Positions 37,111 to 49,600 are shown, counted from the first letter of the whole stretch. The stretch is 63,541 nt of DNA, filler included, from Rhabdomonas costata (GCA_019059605.1; 39 parts of 39 records of this genome joined end to end with filler, not necessarily neighbours in it), one strand, 5' to 3'. Notes: generated from the sequence alone by a model not told the origin. Numbers and translations are program-made.

Positions 37111-38699
37111 GTGCGTTGTTTGCTTGGCTTGCGTGCATCTTCTCATTAAGGGAACTTCACAACTGAAACCGAAAGGCACATTTCCGGGTCCTTTGTTGAG
37201 CTGAAGGTGCCGGAAAGCAACCCTCTCCAGCTCAACCAAGCAGACACTCACTTTCGTGGACACGCTCTGCCCACAAGTCGTCCGTTACTGTGCGTTTACC
37301 TCGTGTGTATGATTCTCCGTGGTTCGGTTGGGTTTGCTTCCAGTGGTGGTGGAGTCCTCGTCTCATTCAGCCCTTTTATCTGGTTTGGGGGTTCAGGCGG
37401 CTCCCGCTTATGGCGCCGCTCAGCCTGCCCACNNNNNNNNNNNNNNNNNNNNNNNNNNNNNNNNNNNNNNNNNNNNTTAATTAATTAANNNNNNNNNNNN
37501 NNNNNNNNNNNNNNNNNNNNNNNNNNNNNNNNGGGTGTGTGGAGCTTTGAGCGCACTGCTTAGTAATAAAAAGGATCCTGAAGCGCCGCTGTTAATGTCT
37601 TCTGTTGTGGTTACATTTCAGCCCTACCCTGAAGGGATCCCGAGGGAAGAGTACGATGAGACTCTTTGTTGTCGGGCCACCCACAATGGCTGCGGCAAGC
37701 TGAAATACGCATGTTCCTTCTGGAGGACGGGTATCATTCCGCGGACAATAGATACTTTTTATGCCATTTTCTCTCCAACATACTGAAACACCCCAAGCAG
37801 CAGGTTGGAACCAGGTTGGAACCAAGCTCCGGAAAAAGGTTCTTTGCGAGAAAATCCAATCACAAAAAACGCGGTCCGATGCATTTGGGGGTGGGGATGA
37901 GGAGTTTAACGACGTCAAAAGGTTTAAGATGCTTAAAAGGTGTTAACGTTATAAAGGTATTACAACACTGGACGTCTTCTATTGAGGTATCTTTCCTCGG
38001 TATCTTTTCTCTGGTATTTCTTAGAAGCTTACTTCGGTGAATTTGCCTGGAAGGGTGATGAACGGTTTTCTGGGACGCCACACAAATGGGACAGAGTTGT
38101 TTTGGTGAATGCCAGTGCCGCAGCCGCAGAAGCATGGCGCGACCGGCGCGGGAACGTTGCCTGGGAGTGGGGGAATTTTTTGGTAGCTATATGCCCTGTA
38201 AGGGACACATCGGGTTTGGGCTGGGGCTGGCGTGTCCTGGCCTGTCTTGTGGTGAGCCGGAAGCGCGCGTCTTGACCAGGACACCTTTTCTTTTCTTCCC
38301 CTTGATTTCCCGATTCCCCCTTGTCCTCAGTAATTTTCTTTCGTGCACAAAAAGTTTAACGCCCCCCCCCCCAAAAAAAACGCAACGGACCCCAAAAGGT
38401 GAGATACGCGCATACCAACGCCACTTGGTCCAGCGATGGCGAGAATTCGGATGGCCTCTGCAGAGGCAGAAGTCGCAAAATGGTTCCTACAAACTCTAAG
38501 GTGCCCGCAACGCAGCAGTGCAGTTGGTGGCTTCATTCGGACAAAAAGGAAAAATGACACAAAGGCAGTAAACGGACAAAAGAAGATTAACTGACCGATA
38601 AAAAGACGCCAGGGAACCAGCTGAAAGATCAATCCGCCTTCCCTTCATTGTCCCCTTGGATGGCATGAATGATGAATTCATTCCCTTAGTTTTGGGACT

Positions 38700-39063
38700 A
38701 GACCAAGACTTTGACCAATCCACCTCGCCAAAGCCCAGCATATCATCAATATAGCGATCCACGTTCTTGTATCTGCGGCAAGCTGAGACCCCGTAGAGTC
38801 GCTCGATATTATCGATGGCCTTGGCTTCAACACTATAACAATAAAGGTTTCCCAGCTCAGCTGAACATTTTTCCGCCCATCGGAAGGCCCGTCGTTTGCA
38901 ACCTGACCGGCCCATCTGCGACTTGCTGGATTGTTGTGCCGTTGACTACCTCCCGGAGAATCCGTTCGAAAATGTTCCAGGAAAGCTCACCTCCGGGGAC
39001 TGCCTGGGCTTCCATCTGCCCGCGTTGGCTTTTAGAGATGCTAAAGCCAAGGTCCCCCCAACA
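38700..39063 (-). mobile_element. Penelope-like retroelement RT fragment (second family), frameshifted
   Basis: ILREVVNGTTIQQVADGPVRLQTTGLPMGGK [extra A in the A5 run, 38868-72] CSAELGNLYCYSVEAKAID...DRYIDDMLGFG, i.e. RT motifs 4 and 5. Confidence 0.8.
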
Positions 39064-39171
39064 NNNNNNNNNNNNNNNNNNNNNNNNNNNNNNNNNNNNN
39101 NNNNNNNTTAATTAATTAANNNNNNNNNNNNNNNNNNNNNNNNNNNNNNNNNNNNNNNNNNNNGGTGGGTG

Positions 39172-39263
39172 GTGGGAGTAGGACGGTACTCGAACCCGTG
39201 CCCAAAGGATCGGCTTCCCTCATCCGAGCTGGGAGACACAACCCGAACTGAACCACAACCTCC
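39172..39263 (-). other. tRNA-like sequence (tRNA pseudogene or SINE head)
   Basis: The minus strand has an A-box-like TGGTTCAGTTCGG, a T-arm ACGGG-TTCGAGT-ACCGT (one mismatch), and partial GGAG/CTCC acceptor pairing. No clean anticodon arm. Confidence 0.35.
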
Positions 39264-42200
39264 GCCTTCAATATTTCAGTTGTACGGGCTGATTCGGCTG
39301 CTGCTTTCAGGGAGTAATGTTTAAAATCGGTATACCGCTGTCCCTAAGTGAAGGAGGACAACTGTCAAACGAAACATACGATGCTCAGCCCTTTTCACAA
39401 GGCACCTAGGTGCACATGACTTTGCGGGCCAGCGGAGAGGAAACGTGGATACTTTAACGCGCAAGAGCTGTTCTTTCAAACAACAGAGGGTGCTTCAGCT
39501 TTACTTCGGGCAATCCTACCTACCAGTCACTTGCAGTTTGGAAAGTGGGGTGTGATAAATGCTAAAAAGAGAGGGCTGACGGAACGTGGCGAATCTGTGA
39601 GATTTGTCACGTGCAGATGAATCGGGCTGATACAATGCTGTCATCGACTGACTGCATCATGCCATCAGCGCTTCTGCCAAGCGGGCGGTGAGGTCCTAAA
39701 GTCTCTCCCCAAACAATCAACCTGTCATACACACATATACACATATACACACCGACAACGACAGCAGCGCTGCCCTGCTCAGCGATCTGCTGCAGAAGCT
39801 GCGCTTGCGGCACCAGAGGGCCCAGAACCTGAGGCGATAACAGGAGGAAAAACGGAGGGCCAGAAGGAGCCAAAACAACGGGATGCAGCACATCATGTGA
39901 CGATTGCAGGCCATCGCTGGTCAATGCGCCTAATTATCATGGTCGCTCAGTGGAAATACAGACAGTGGAAAGACAGATCTTCCATTCGGGTGTAGCCCGA
40001 CAGACGCACCTGCCTGAAGATGAGCAGCATAGGACACCTAGGAAGGGAACTCTTCCGCAAGGGTTTACACATATGGCCACTGAAACTTTCCACTCCACTG
40101 CCCAACTTCCCAAAGTGGCGATCGCTATGCATGGGTTTGTATGGCGGGTATTTTTTTTCTGGGGCGGGGAGTCGCATAAAGCAACGCCCCGAAAAACCAA
40201 GAACAAGCGGGGTGCCCATCGATGAGTGGAGAAGGGCAGCTATAAATTAAAAGAGTAAAAGGGAAAAGTAAAAGGGGTGTCAACCGTCAGCGCGGACAGC
40301 GCCTCGCAGCCCACCGAGGTGTATGTGCCCTGTCCAAAGACGACACCGATACTGAGCTGCAGTGCCGAGCGCTGGGAGACCTGCACCAACTTCACGGCCA
40401 GCTGGCATGCCTGCGTACATGCAAATGCCGACCTAACGATCGAAGGGTGGCATAAAAGTTATCTCTTCAGTCCACTTGCCCTTGCCGCAACTGAGCAGAA
40501 GCTCAGGGACAGGTTTCCGTTGGTGCCATCGATACAGAGCAGAGCAGCGACACGGCATCGTCGTCGGAAATATCCGAAGCAATGCCAACCGCATCAGAAA
40601 GAAGGAAGTCGCAGGATCCCCGCTCAAGGAGCCTAAGGATTACTGGTCGGCTGATGTTGAAGCCATTTCATTCTTCAGAAGAGTACCCACAACCCNNNNN
40701 NNNNNNNNNNNNNNNNNNNNNNNNNNNNNNNNNNNNNNNTTAATTAATTAANNNNNNNNNNNNNNNNNNNNNNNNNNNNNNNNNNNNNNNNNNNNCCCTC
40801 TTCTCGGGTTTACCAAAACCAATGGGTTCCATTTCTCACTCTTGGGTGTGTGGTCTGTTGGACATGTGCGTTGCGCTTGCTTTGTAGAGTTCGCTGCCTG
40901 CCTAGCAGCCTTTCGGACTCTGTTTATGATGCTTCTCTGTGATACAGCTTCCAAGCGTTCGAACTGCTCAAAGCACTACTCGGGCTCGGGCGACTTGGAT
41001 ACAGGCTCTGGAAACGGTGAGAATACCTCATCAAAAAAAAAAGAATACCTCATCCCAAATTATTATTGGAGGGGGGCTCTCCCTGCGTCGCATAAATTTG
41101 TGCATTAGCTTCCGAAGGCGGAAGGTGAGATTATATTTTATGTTATGTCTAAATCAGTGCTCTTGAATAACATGAACTTACGAAATCTAAACAGGTTTTT
41201 TTTCACTTTTTCTACAACATTTTCCAATGTCCGCTGATAACAAGGACACGCAGAAACGTGGCGAACAAGCAAATGGGAGAGTGGAGGTATTTTAGTTGCA
41301 CCAGCGTGTTCCCTTTCTTCTCAGCTTTCTCAAAACTCATGGAGAGCAGACAAAAGGCAAAGGCTTCCCTGCCGAGAATGTCCAACACGGCTGAGGATCG
41401 GATTCCTCAGTGGGTCCGTGGCTCCCCTCACCCCTCCACCTCTACTCCCATCATCCCTTCCAACACCATCGGCATTTCCTGAAAATCTCGTATTCGAACA
41501 ATGTGAGCATCATCGACCTTGAGCTTCATCTTCGTTTTCCAGAATTCTTGGATAGAGACCTCACTTTTTTCTTGGGATAGGTAAGCGTTGTACTTCAGTG
41601 GTGCACAGCTCTTCGGATGTTATTGGGAGAAAAAACTGCAAACCAAATGCAACAATTGCAGGAGAAGGGAGTTAAAATATTGGTAAAGGTTAGTCTTTGA
41701 AGCGGATCCTGATTTAATTGCCTGGCGGCGTGTTCTTTCTGGGCAAGAATAATTCGGCCGAAGGAGCGACTTGGTGGCCCTTTAGAAGGAAACTTGAGAT
41801 CTTGAGATCTTGGGCCGCTGAGCGGTGGCCCAATTATTCTGGATAAAAATCTTCTATTGGAGGTCCCAGACACGTGCATAGCCCACCCTCCTCCCCTGGG
41901 AATTCTCTACGTGCCAGCTCATAGCCGTATTTTGAGGAGGTGCAGATCATATGGATGGGCACGGTCTGAAGGTGTGGCTGCGAAAGTGACTATTTATTAC
42001 GCGCAGTGCGTCGAAGGGAAATAGGCATTGATGTTGTGTCTTCCTTTCTGATCTCACCTCCCGTGCAGATGGGCACGTTGTGAGCCTCTTCTTGTGTCCC
42101 GTTTTGTGTCGTGTTGTGTGTAGTCTGCCAGCGTGTTGCCCTCAACCTCTTCTCCGTTTCTGCCTCCCGTCCGTTTCCCTCGCGTAGTATGTACCCCCTC

Positions 42201-42426
42201 TCCTCCTCCCCTTAACACACCTTTCTGTGTTTTACCTCAAAGAAGGAATTGCACCTCCCAAACGACCAAGGAGCTGGGGATGAGGAAATACAAGCCGGAG
42301 CATTTTGATTCCAAATAAAACCCCCCNNNNNNNNNNNNNNNNNNNNNNNNNNNNNNNNNNNNNNNNNNNNTTAATTAATTAANNNNNNNNNNNNNNNNNN
42401 NNNNNNNNNNNNNNNNNNNNNNNNNN

Positions 42427-43030
42427 GTGTGTGTGTGTGTGTGTTGGGCGCATTGCGCGCTGGCTGTTGCCTGGTTGCCTGGTTGCTTGGTTGTTGGTGA
42501 CCACTGTGGACTGACTGGCGCACTCGCTGTTGGACACGCCTGCTCTCGGGAGATGCCGTTGAAGCGAATGGTGCCGCCGGGAACCGATACCGGCTCACCG
42601 CCGAACGTCCCACATCTGGTAACCTCCCTTCTGCCCCACGGGTCCCGGGCCTTTGTCGCGCGGCTGCTCTTTTTCAGCAGCTACCTGCATTGCTCCATTG
42701 TTGCTCAGGTCTCTGCGACTCCACACTCCTTTCTTTGGGGGGCTGGGGCCTAATCTCGCGGGAACGACCCTTGGAGCTTTTCTTTCGGATGGGTGAACGG
42801 GCAGCACCGGTATCGACAGGCGTTGCCGTGCCAGCATATCACTGCGCTGCGGGCTATTCCTGCCCTCTTCATCTGAACCTCCTGTACCTCGGGGTTCCCT
42901 CACTGACTCTTTGCCTTGGTGTGCGTGTGTGTGTGTGTGTGTGTGTTGGGGGCATGTTGCTTGATTGAAGGTTGATGACCGCTGCGGACTCGCAACAGGC
43001 ACCGTTGGAGCGAACGGTGCTGCGGTACTA
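42427..43030. repeat. Two diverged copies of a (GT)n-headed repeat about 500 bp apart
   Basis: Both copies (42427 and ~42920) have (GT)n-TGGG followed by similar blocks: GTTGCTTGxTTG..GxTGACCxCTGxGGACT and CCGTTGxAGCGAAxGGTGC. Confidence 0.55.
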
Positions 43031-44271
43031 CCCGCTCTGCTTCGTTGCTGCAGCCAGGTTTGGGTCTCTGAGTGTGTGCGTGGGGTTTCAGGGCCTAGGG
43101 GGCAGCTTCGGAGCCTGCAGTGTCACATTTCTGCCGCGTTGAACCTCGGGTGAGCGGATCCGACGCGCTGTGACCACCTATCAAAACTTACCAGTTGCAA
43201 AAAAAACATGAAATACGCCCAGATAAGAGCAGCAAGTCAACACCGAAAAGATCAACACCTACCTCATCTTCTGCAGTCGGATTAGGACCCCCCCCTTTTT
43301 AAGGTCTTATTTAAATACAACAATGCAATTGAATCGGGTCGTCCTTCAAAAAAGCTTTTGACTTGGTGAAAACTCATCCGAACGCGTGCGCGGTCAGAAA
43401 CACACCACTCGGCCTCGACCTCTGCCGGGCTGACAAAGGTGGGGTTCAGACAAGACGGAGGGTCTCCAATAGAGGGAAGGCGCTTCACACAGGCCTCCCC
43501 AGAGCGCATCTGTTCAGCACACCAAAGACGACATATGGAGGTCATGACATGCAGAAGCGGGCTCAAAGCTCCATAAACACTCGCCCTTCTATCAAACTAT
43601 CAGCATCTCCAGATACCTTTTTGGGGCTTGACACCAAATGCCTGAGCCAGGACATGAGCACTAGAAAAGGCGGCGAAGAGGAGCGGGAATGGGAGTGGAG
43701 CGTCGGGAGTATATTGACCTTTCTCAAACGGTCTTGAAGGTGGGCGCGGTCCGCAGGCGTCCACCGGATGCGGTCAGGATTCCGCCGGGGCCGCGGGGCT
43801 TCCGAAGAAGCAGCCTCGGCCTCGGCAGGCAGACACGCCATTCCCACTGTTCTCTCTCTATCAAACTACCCTTTGCCTACAAACAGTTAGCCCACAAGAG
43901 GCCGAAAAGGTACTCCTGCAAAAAATAAACGATGCGAGCCTGAGTCTGCGGATGGGGGGTNNNNNNNNNNNNNNNNNNNNNNNNNNNNNNNNNNNNNNNN
44001 NNNNTTAATTAATTAANNNNNNNNNNNNNNNNNNNNNNNNNNNNNNNNNNNNNNNNNNNNGTGGGGGGGGTCATTTATTGATATGCTGCGGTTTTCTACA
44101 ATATCTGGTTTCGGTTCAGGCGCGCACGTTATAGGAGAATGTCGGGGGTCGGGGGCGGAGCCTCTTCGTTCTTCTCTGTTTCTTCAGTGGGTGCTACGTC
44201 TCTTCAGTGAGTCCTTTGGCATGGATACGCAACCACCTTCCCTCTTCCTTTCACTACTTTTCACTCCCCAG

Positions 44272-45314
44272 TTGCTCAGCTGGTGCGTGGTGGTCTTCCT
44301 GTTCATGAACACCTGCTACACCGCGAACAAGCTCTTCTCGGGGATGAGCTTCTATGGAGCGGAACGCACCAACCTGTACTTCTGGAGCTTCTTCGAGGTC
44401 AGCCTGAGAGTGAGCGTCTTCATGGGGATCCCTGTGATGTTCGGCTTCTTCGACAATCCCTTCGGAGACGACGCCGCTGGTGTGACCATAATGGCTTTGC
44501 ATTTGTAGGGCTCATTATCTCGTGCTTTTTTTTGGTGTCCTTTTTGTAAGCATCCCAGCCTCACCCCACCCCAACCTTAGCATTTGCCAGTTTTTGGACG
44601 CGGGAAATTGTAAAAGCAATGTAAATTAATGTAAAAAAAAAACGTGAAAATTTCGTTCAAAAGTTGCAAAAAAAAAAAAAACGGGGGGGATCCCTGTATC
44701 TCCCCCTCATCTGGATGTGCTTTATGTGTCATGTGGGCAAAAGATTCACTTTGCCTTGGCTTGCATGATACACAGACTTTCCGACGGATAAGTTCAGCCT
44801 CGACTTGTGGAAGAACACCAACGAGTGCATCAGGCAGTCCCAGAACATTCCTCGTCTCTGCGCCCCGCCCGCAGCCAAGCCTGCACCCACCCCAGCCGCT
44901 CCAACGTCATGCCAGAAACTGCCCACGCTGTGGTGCAAGCTCGTGGCAGGGGTGGACCTGTTCCGGAGCCCTCTGAGGGTGATCAAGTACGAGGCCTGGA
45001 AACTCCACTTCATCGCAGCATACGCCTTTATTCCCTCCACCCCGTGGTGGAAGGGGACCTTCCTCAGTGCGGGGTTCATGTGGGTGATGATGGGTCTGGG
45101 CCTGTCGTACGTCTCCTACCTTGGGTTCTCCACCGACCCCTTGGCCCGCACCCTGCGGTTGTGCTCGTACACCTCCACCACGACAACCAGCGTGCCCTGC
45201 AGCAAGTGGAGCACAGACACGGTGTCCAACCTGCAGAACCTGACCAACTTCATCCTTGGGCTGTACATTGGGCTGGTGCTAACTCGATGGTGGAAGACCC
45301 GTGAGCTCTACCAG
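44272..45314 (+). CDS. Bestrophin-family anion channel with two tandem bestrophin domains, partial
   Basis: Exon 44272..44479 plus exon 44776..45300/45314 (phase-1 GT-AG). The first domain ends FFDNPFGDDAA|DFPTDKF. A P/A-rich linker follows, then a new domain start IKY...WWKGTFL...LTNFILGLYIGLVLTRWWKT. Confidence 0.8.
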
Positions 45315-45938
45315 GTTTATTGAGATGCTCTTGTTTAGCAAGAGAGACTGCCCTGAAAAGCCCAGGAGTCAAAGTTCACAATCCTGTAGCAAAGGCTTTC
45401 TTCTCCAAAGATTGCACCACCCGAACAAGGGGGCCCAGGCAGATGGCTTAAGGCCGTCCAAATGGAATAACCAAAGAAGAGAAAGGAGAAGCAGAGAAGC
45501 TGTTGAAGCCACCATCGTTGTGTTGTATCTCTTAGGTTGTGTTTGGCCGCACACAGCACGGCGATGTCATTGGTGCGGCCAAACACAACCACNNNNNNNN
45601 NNNNNNNNNNNNNNNNNNNNNNNNNNNNNNNNNNNNTTAATTAATTAANNNNNNNNNNNNNNNNNNNNNNNNNNNNNNNNNNNNNNNNNNNNTGTTTGTG
45701 TGCTTATTATGCAGCACCTCTTGACTTCTATTGTTTTTCTTGTTTGTGCGCGTGTCCTGCATGCGGGTTTGAATCTTTGGTGGCCCGGAAGGCGTGCGCG
45801 GGGCGTCCTTAAAGAGCTCAAGAATGCGGGGAGGTACTTCATTAAAGTGGAGGATTGCGTCTCAATCGGTAAGGGGGTGGGTGCACCGGACCTAACGTGG
45901 CCTTAATAAATTAAGCAAAAGTGGCGGGTTGGGGCTCA

Positions 45939-45978
45939 TATTTGGTTATTTGGTGATTTGGTTATTTGGTTATTTTTG
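45939..45978 (+). repeat. Short tandem repeat (TTATTTGG)n
   Basis: About four to five near-perfect 8-mer copies are visible. Confidence 0.8.
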
Positions 45979-47662
45979 GACGTTGAGATGCTCCCCAACC
46001 CAACACCGCTGCGCAAAAGAGTCGTAGAGGCAATAAATTTTATCAAGACGGGCTACAGATACCGGCCAAGGGTGCAATGATCGGCACGCAGCGAGTTTGT
46101 GCAGCAAGCGCCCCACAAGTGTGCAGCAAGAAGCCGCAAAAACCCTATAAGAATTTTTGGTCCGATGATGTCTGGCCCAAAAGGTGTTGTTCATGCAGTT
46201 ATGGTGTATCTGTGAGGTTGGTAAGGTTGATGTCTCTTGCACCCACGCTGCGCCATTCCAAAAGCCACACCCTTTTCAGCTTCGAGTCCGTATACAGCAG
46301 CCCCTCCACACCCGCGCTCTTCAGCAGTAAGAAGACCAGAGGGGCGGCCATCCCAGAACCTTTGATTGTTGGATTGCAACTTTCTTCGAGAAAAAAAACA
46401 GCCAGAAAAAAGAACGTTGCGTGTGTACGACGACGCATAGCGCGCTGGCAGTTGCCTGATTCTGTTCGAGCGCCGTGACGGGGCGCACGCAAGCGCTGTT
46501 GCCCACACGGGTACACGCGAGCCTTCCGAGCGAGTGGTGCTCAAGGGGACCGGCTCACCGCCTTACGTCTTTCCGACCCCTCGGGTCCCTGGCTTTTATC
46601 GCACAGCCACTTTATTCCACCGGCTATTCGCGCTACTTCGTTGCTGCTGAGGTTTTGGGGAGAAAGGGCCGTGTGTTGTTGAAGAACATCTTCGAGTATT
46701 TCAGACGGAGATGTGAACAGACAGCAACGGTATCTCTGGAAAAACCTGTTTCTGCATGTGCGTGTGCACTTGAGGTCTTCGGGATGCCTGAGCTGATGAT
46801 AGGGGTTTACCACGACCCCAGAACCCCCGCAATTGGCTTAAACGTTTCAAGACGACTGGCGATGTCGCACGTATGTCCTATAACGATTATCCCAATCAGG
46901 GAATTGCCGCTGGCAGCATTCGAGAAGGGGAAAATGGTAGGGGAAGAGCACAACACATCAACCCTCGCTCAGGGTAATCTTCACAGGATCCGGCCTCCCC
47001 GCAGCGACAGTGAGCTCCACAGGGACAGCCTTTGGGAGGCGCATGGGCACCACAAAGACCCTGCAAGTAAAACAAAAAGAGAAATAAGAACAGGCCATCC
47101 AGAGGAAGGCCCTCCCCGCAAGTTCGATCCCTTCAGCAACCCCTTCAAAACATATTCAGTAGCTTCCTGGAATCTTTTGTTTTGCAGCGGACCTCTTTTC
47201 AACCCACCACGTCTTTACAAAAAANNNNNNNNNNNNNNNNNNNNNNNNNNNNNNNNNNNNNNNNNNNNTTAATTAATTAANNNNNNNNNNNNNNNNNNNN
47301 NNNNNNNNNNNNNNNNNNNNNNNNGTGTTGGGTGTGGTTGGTGTTTTGGGGAGGATTGTGCAGAAAAGGGAAGTTCGCCGTGCTTGTCAAACTTGAAGGG
47401 TTACCGTGCAGTCTGTTGTTAGGGTTGCCGTGCAAGGGTCGCCGTGCAATCTGTTGGGGATTGTGAACTCCATACGTAAAAGTGAAGCAAGGGCTGCACA
47501 GTAATTCACCCTGCGTTGAAGGTGTGAAATTGAGACTGAGATTGAGAGCGCTTTAAGGCCCAGTAGACTGGGCTTTTTCTTTATCATTTCCTTTCCCTTG
47601 TATATTTTAGCGGTGCTACACCCCCATTTTTATTTTTCTTTCCTTTTCTATTCCCTTTACAG

Positions 47663-48537
47663 GTCCATGAGCGAGACATCACCACTGATTTCCTACTGAT
47701 CGTATGTCGCCCCAATCGTTTCCCTTTCCTTCCTGGCGCGCAGAGGTTAACGATTTTGCTTGCTTTCGTTCCAGTGGACGGGTTTGCCTGGGTGCCTGGT
47801 TTGCTCGTCTCTGCAACCTTTTATTCTTATACAGATAGCTCTGTTTGTAAACTTACTTGGCACGAGAAGTAGTGGAGGCGGCTTATAGAGTCAGTCAGCT
47901 GCTTTCCTAAAAAGACGCTTGCAAACGTCACCTTTGATGGCTTTGCCGTGGATGTGGGAAGGGACGGGGGCGCCAACGCCGTAGTGCTTCCTTTTGCTGG
48001 TTTAACGGCGCCCACGCATTGGTGTGGCGGCGCGGAGGGGAGGGGAAAATATTATCCCTCATAGCGGGTTCCACCCGAAAACACTACCTCCTGGAGGAGG
48101 ACTTTCAAGCGAACTCATGCCTTATGCAGGCAGCGTGCTGTGGGTTGAGGGCGACCAAAGGAGGGGCACAGGGGAGAGGAATTAGAATATTCCGCATGGA
48201 AAAAGCAGAGAACTCTCACGCCAGAAAAATACGCGTGTTTGTGTTGTTGAATGACGCGACCCACTCTCCGACGCTCACATATCGGTATCGCTAGGTGCTC
48301 AGGGAAGTTTTGACCCAGAACCCCAAGCTCCGCCTGGTTGTCATGAGCGCGACGCTGAACTCGGAGCAGTTCTCGGAGTACTTCGGGGGCTGCCCTACCG
48401 TGCACATCCCGGGGAAGCTCTTCCCCGTGGAGTCAGTGTTCCTGGAGGAGCTCCCCGCGGCTTTGCTGGGGAAAGCGTCCGCCGCCATCCAGGCGGAAGC
48501 CGCCCAGCTTGCCGAAGAGGCTTTGGCCAACTTTGAG
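47663..48537 (+). CDS. DEAH/RHA-box RNA helicase (DHX36/DHX57-like), motif II-III exons
   Basis: Exons 47663..47701 (VHERDITTDFLLI) and 48295..48537 (VLREVLTQNPKLRLVVMSATLNSEQFSEYFGGCPTVHIPGKLFPVESVFLEE), phase-0 GT-AG. Confidence 0.93.
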
Positions 48538-49082
48538 GTTGAGGGGCCGGATCGATTGTAGTCAAGTCCTAAATATTGGTGGAAGGCAATCAATGCCTTC
48601 GGAGTAGTTTTTTTTGTGAACGTAATTAATTGTGCCAGGGCTCGTTTTTATTTTTGCTTGAAGGGGAGCTCAAAGTACTGCTGACGTAGGACAGGGCGGT
48701 TGCTCAGCGCTCTACTTGAGAGGGGGGGCGTTTGATCTCGAATTGATGTCTTACTGTAAACTGACCGGCCAACGCACCCGCTGTACATACAAAAAACCCC
48801 AGGCCTGCTTCGGCTTTGCCCTCTCAAACAGTCTCTGATTATCTACCAAACAACAANNNNNNNNNNNNNNNNNNNNNNNNNNNNNNNNNNNNNNNNNNNN
48901 TTAATTAATTAANNNNNNNNNNNNNNNNNNNNNNNNNNNNNNNNNNNNNNNNNNNNGGGGGTGTGGGGTGTGACACGAAAGCTTTGTGAGTGAGCACAAG
49001 GTTGTGACGAGAGCAGCCGTGGTGCTGGTGTGTGAGATTGTAGGTGTGGGTGCATTTTGCTCTGGGTGGAACGGAATCCCAA

Positions 49083-49600
49083 ATGGCCGTCGCTGGCCCG
49101 GTGGCACTGTCTGGGGACCCTGCGGAGCTGGTCCTGGCCCATGTACAGAACACGGGGATGTTCGACCGGTGGAGACAGGTTGTCCACCGTCTACCCTGGA
49201 TACCTACACACCAGCTACCTACCACACGGCACATTCCAGCGGGCTGTGCGCCCAATACGCCTTCTAACTGACACCATTGGTCACCCTCAGGTTTCCAGCC
49301 CTGGTTCGGCTCTCTTTCACTGCTCTTTAGTTTGTGTGTTGTATGCGCTGCAAATGAAACGGGAAATGAAAAACGGAAATTGGATGAAATTGGATGGCCA
49401 CCGCAGGAGGCTTCTCCCAAAGAATCTCGGGGTAGGGGGTTGGCCGCAGCGGCGCACAGCTTCATTTGTTCCACTGCCCATTGCAGGTCATTGTGGCCGC
49501 GATGGAGGAGTCCAAAACCCTGGAGGACTTACGGGCCCAAGCACTGCGGCTTGTCCGAACCAAGCTAACTTCACTGCATCGCGCGCTTCCTCCAGAGCAG
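49083..49600 (+). CDS. Putative BOD1/Shg1 (COMPASS-Shg1)-like protein, 5' exons
   Basis: Exons 49083..49178 and 49487..49600: DPAELVLAHVQNTGMFDRWRQ|VIVAAMEESKTLEDLRAQALRLVRTKL, resembling the GxFDxxR helical motif of Shg1/BOD1. Confidence 0.5.

Noticed and set aside
42972-43000. Hammerhead ribozyme core (TGATGA followed by a short stem)
   Set aside because: It lacks the C of CUGANGA and the downstream GAAA. No convincing hammerhead was seen near either Penelope-like fragment.
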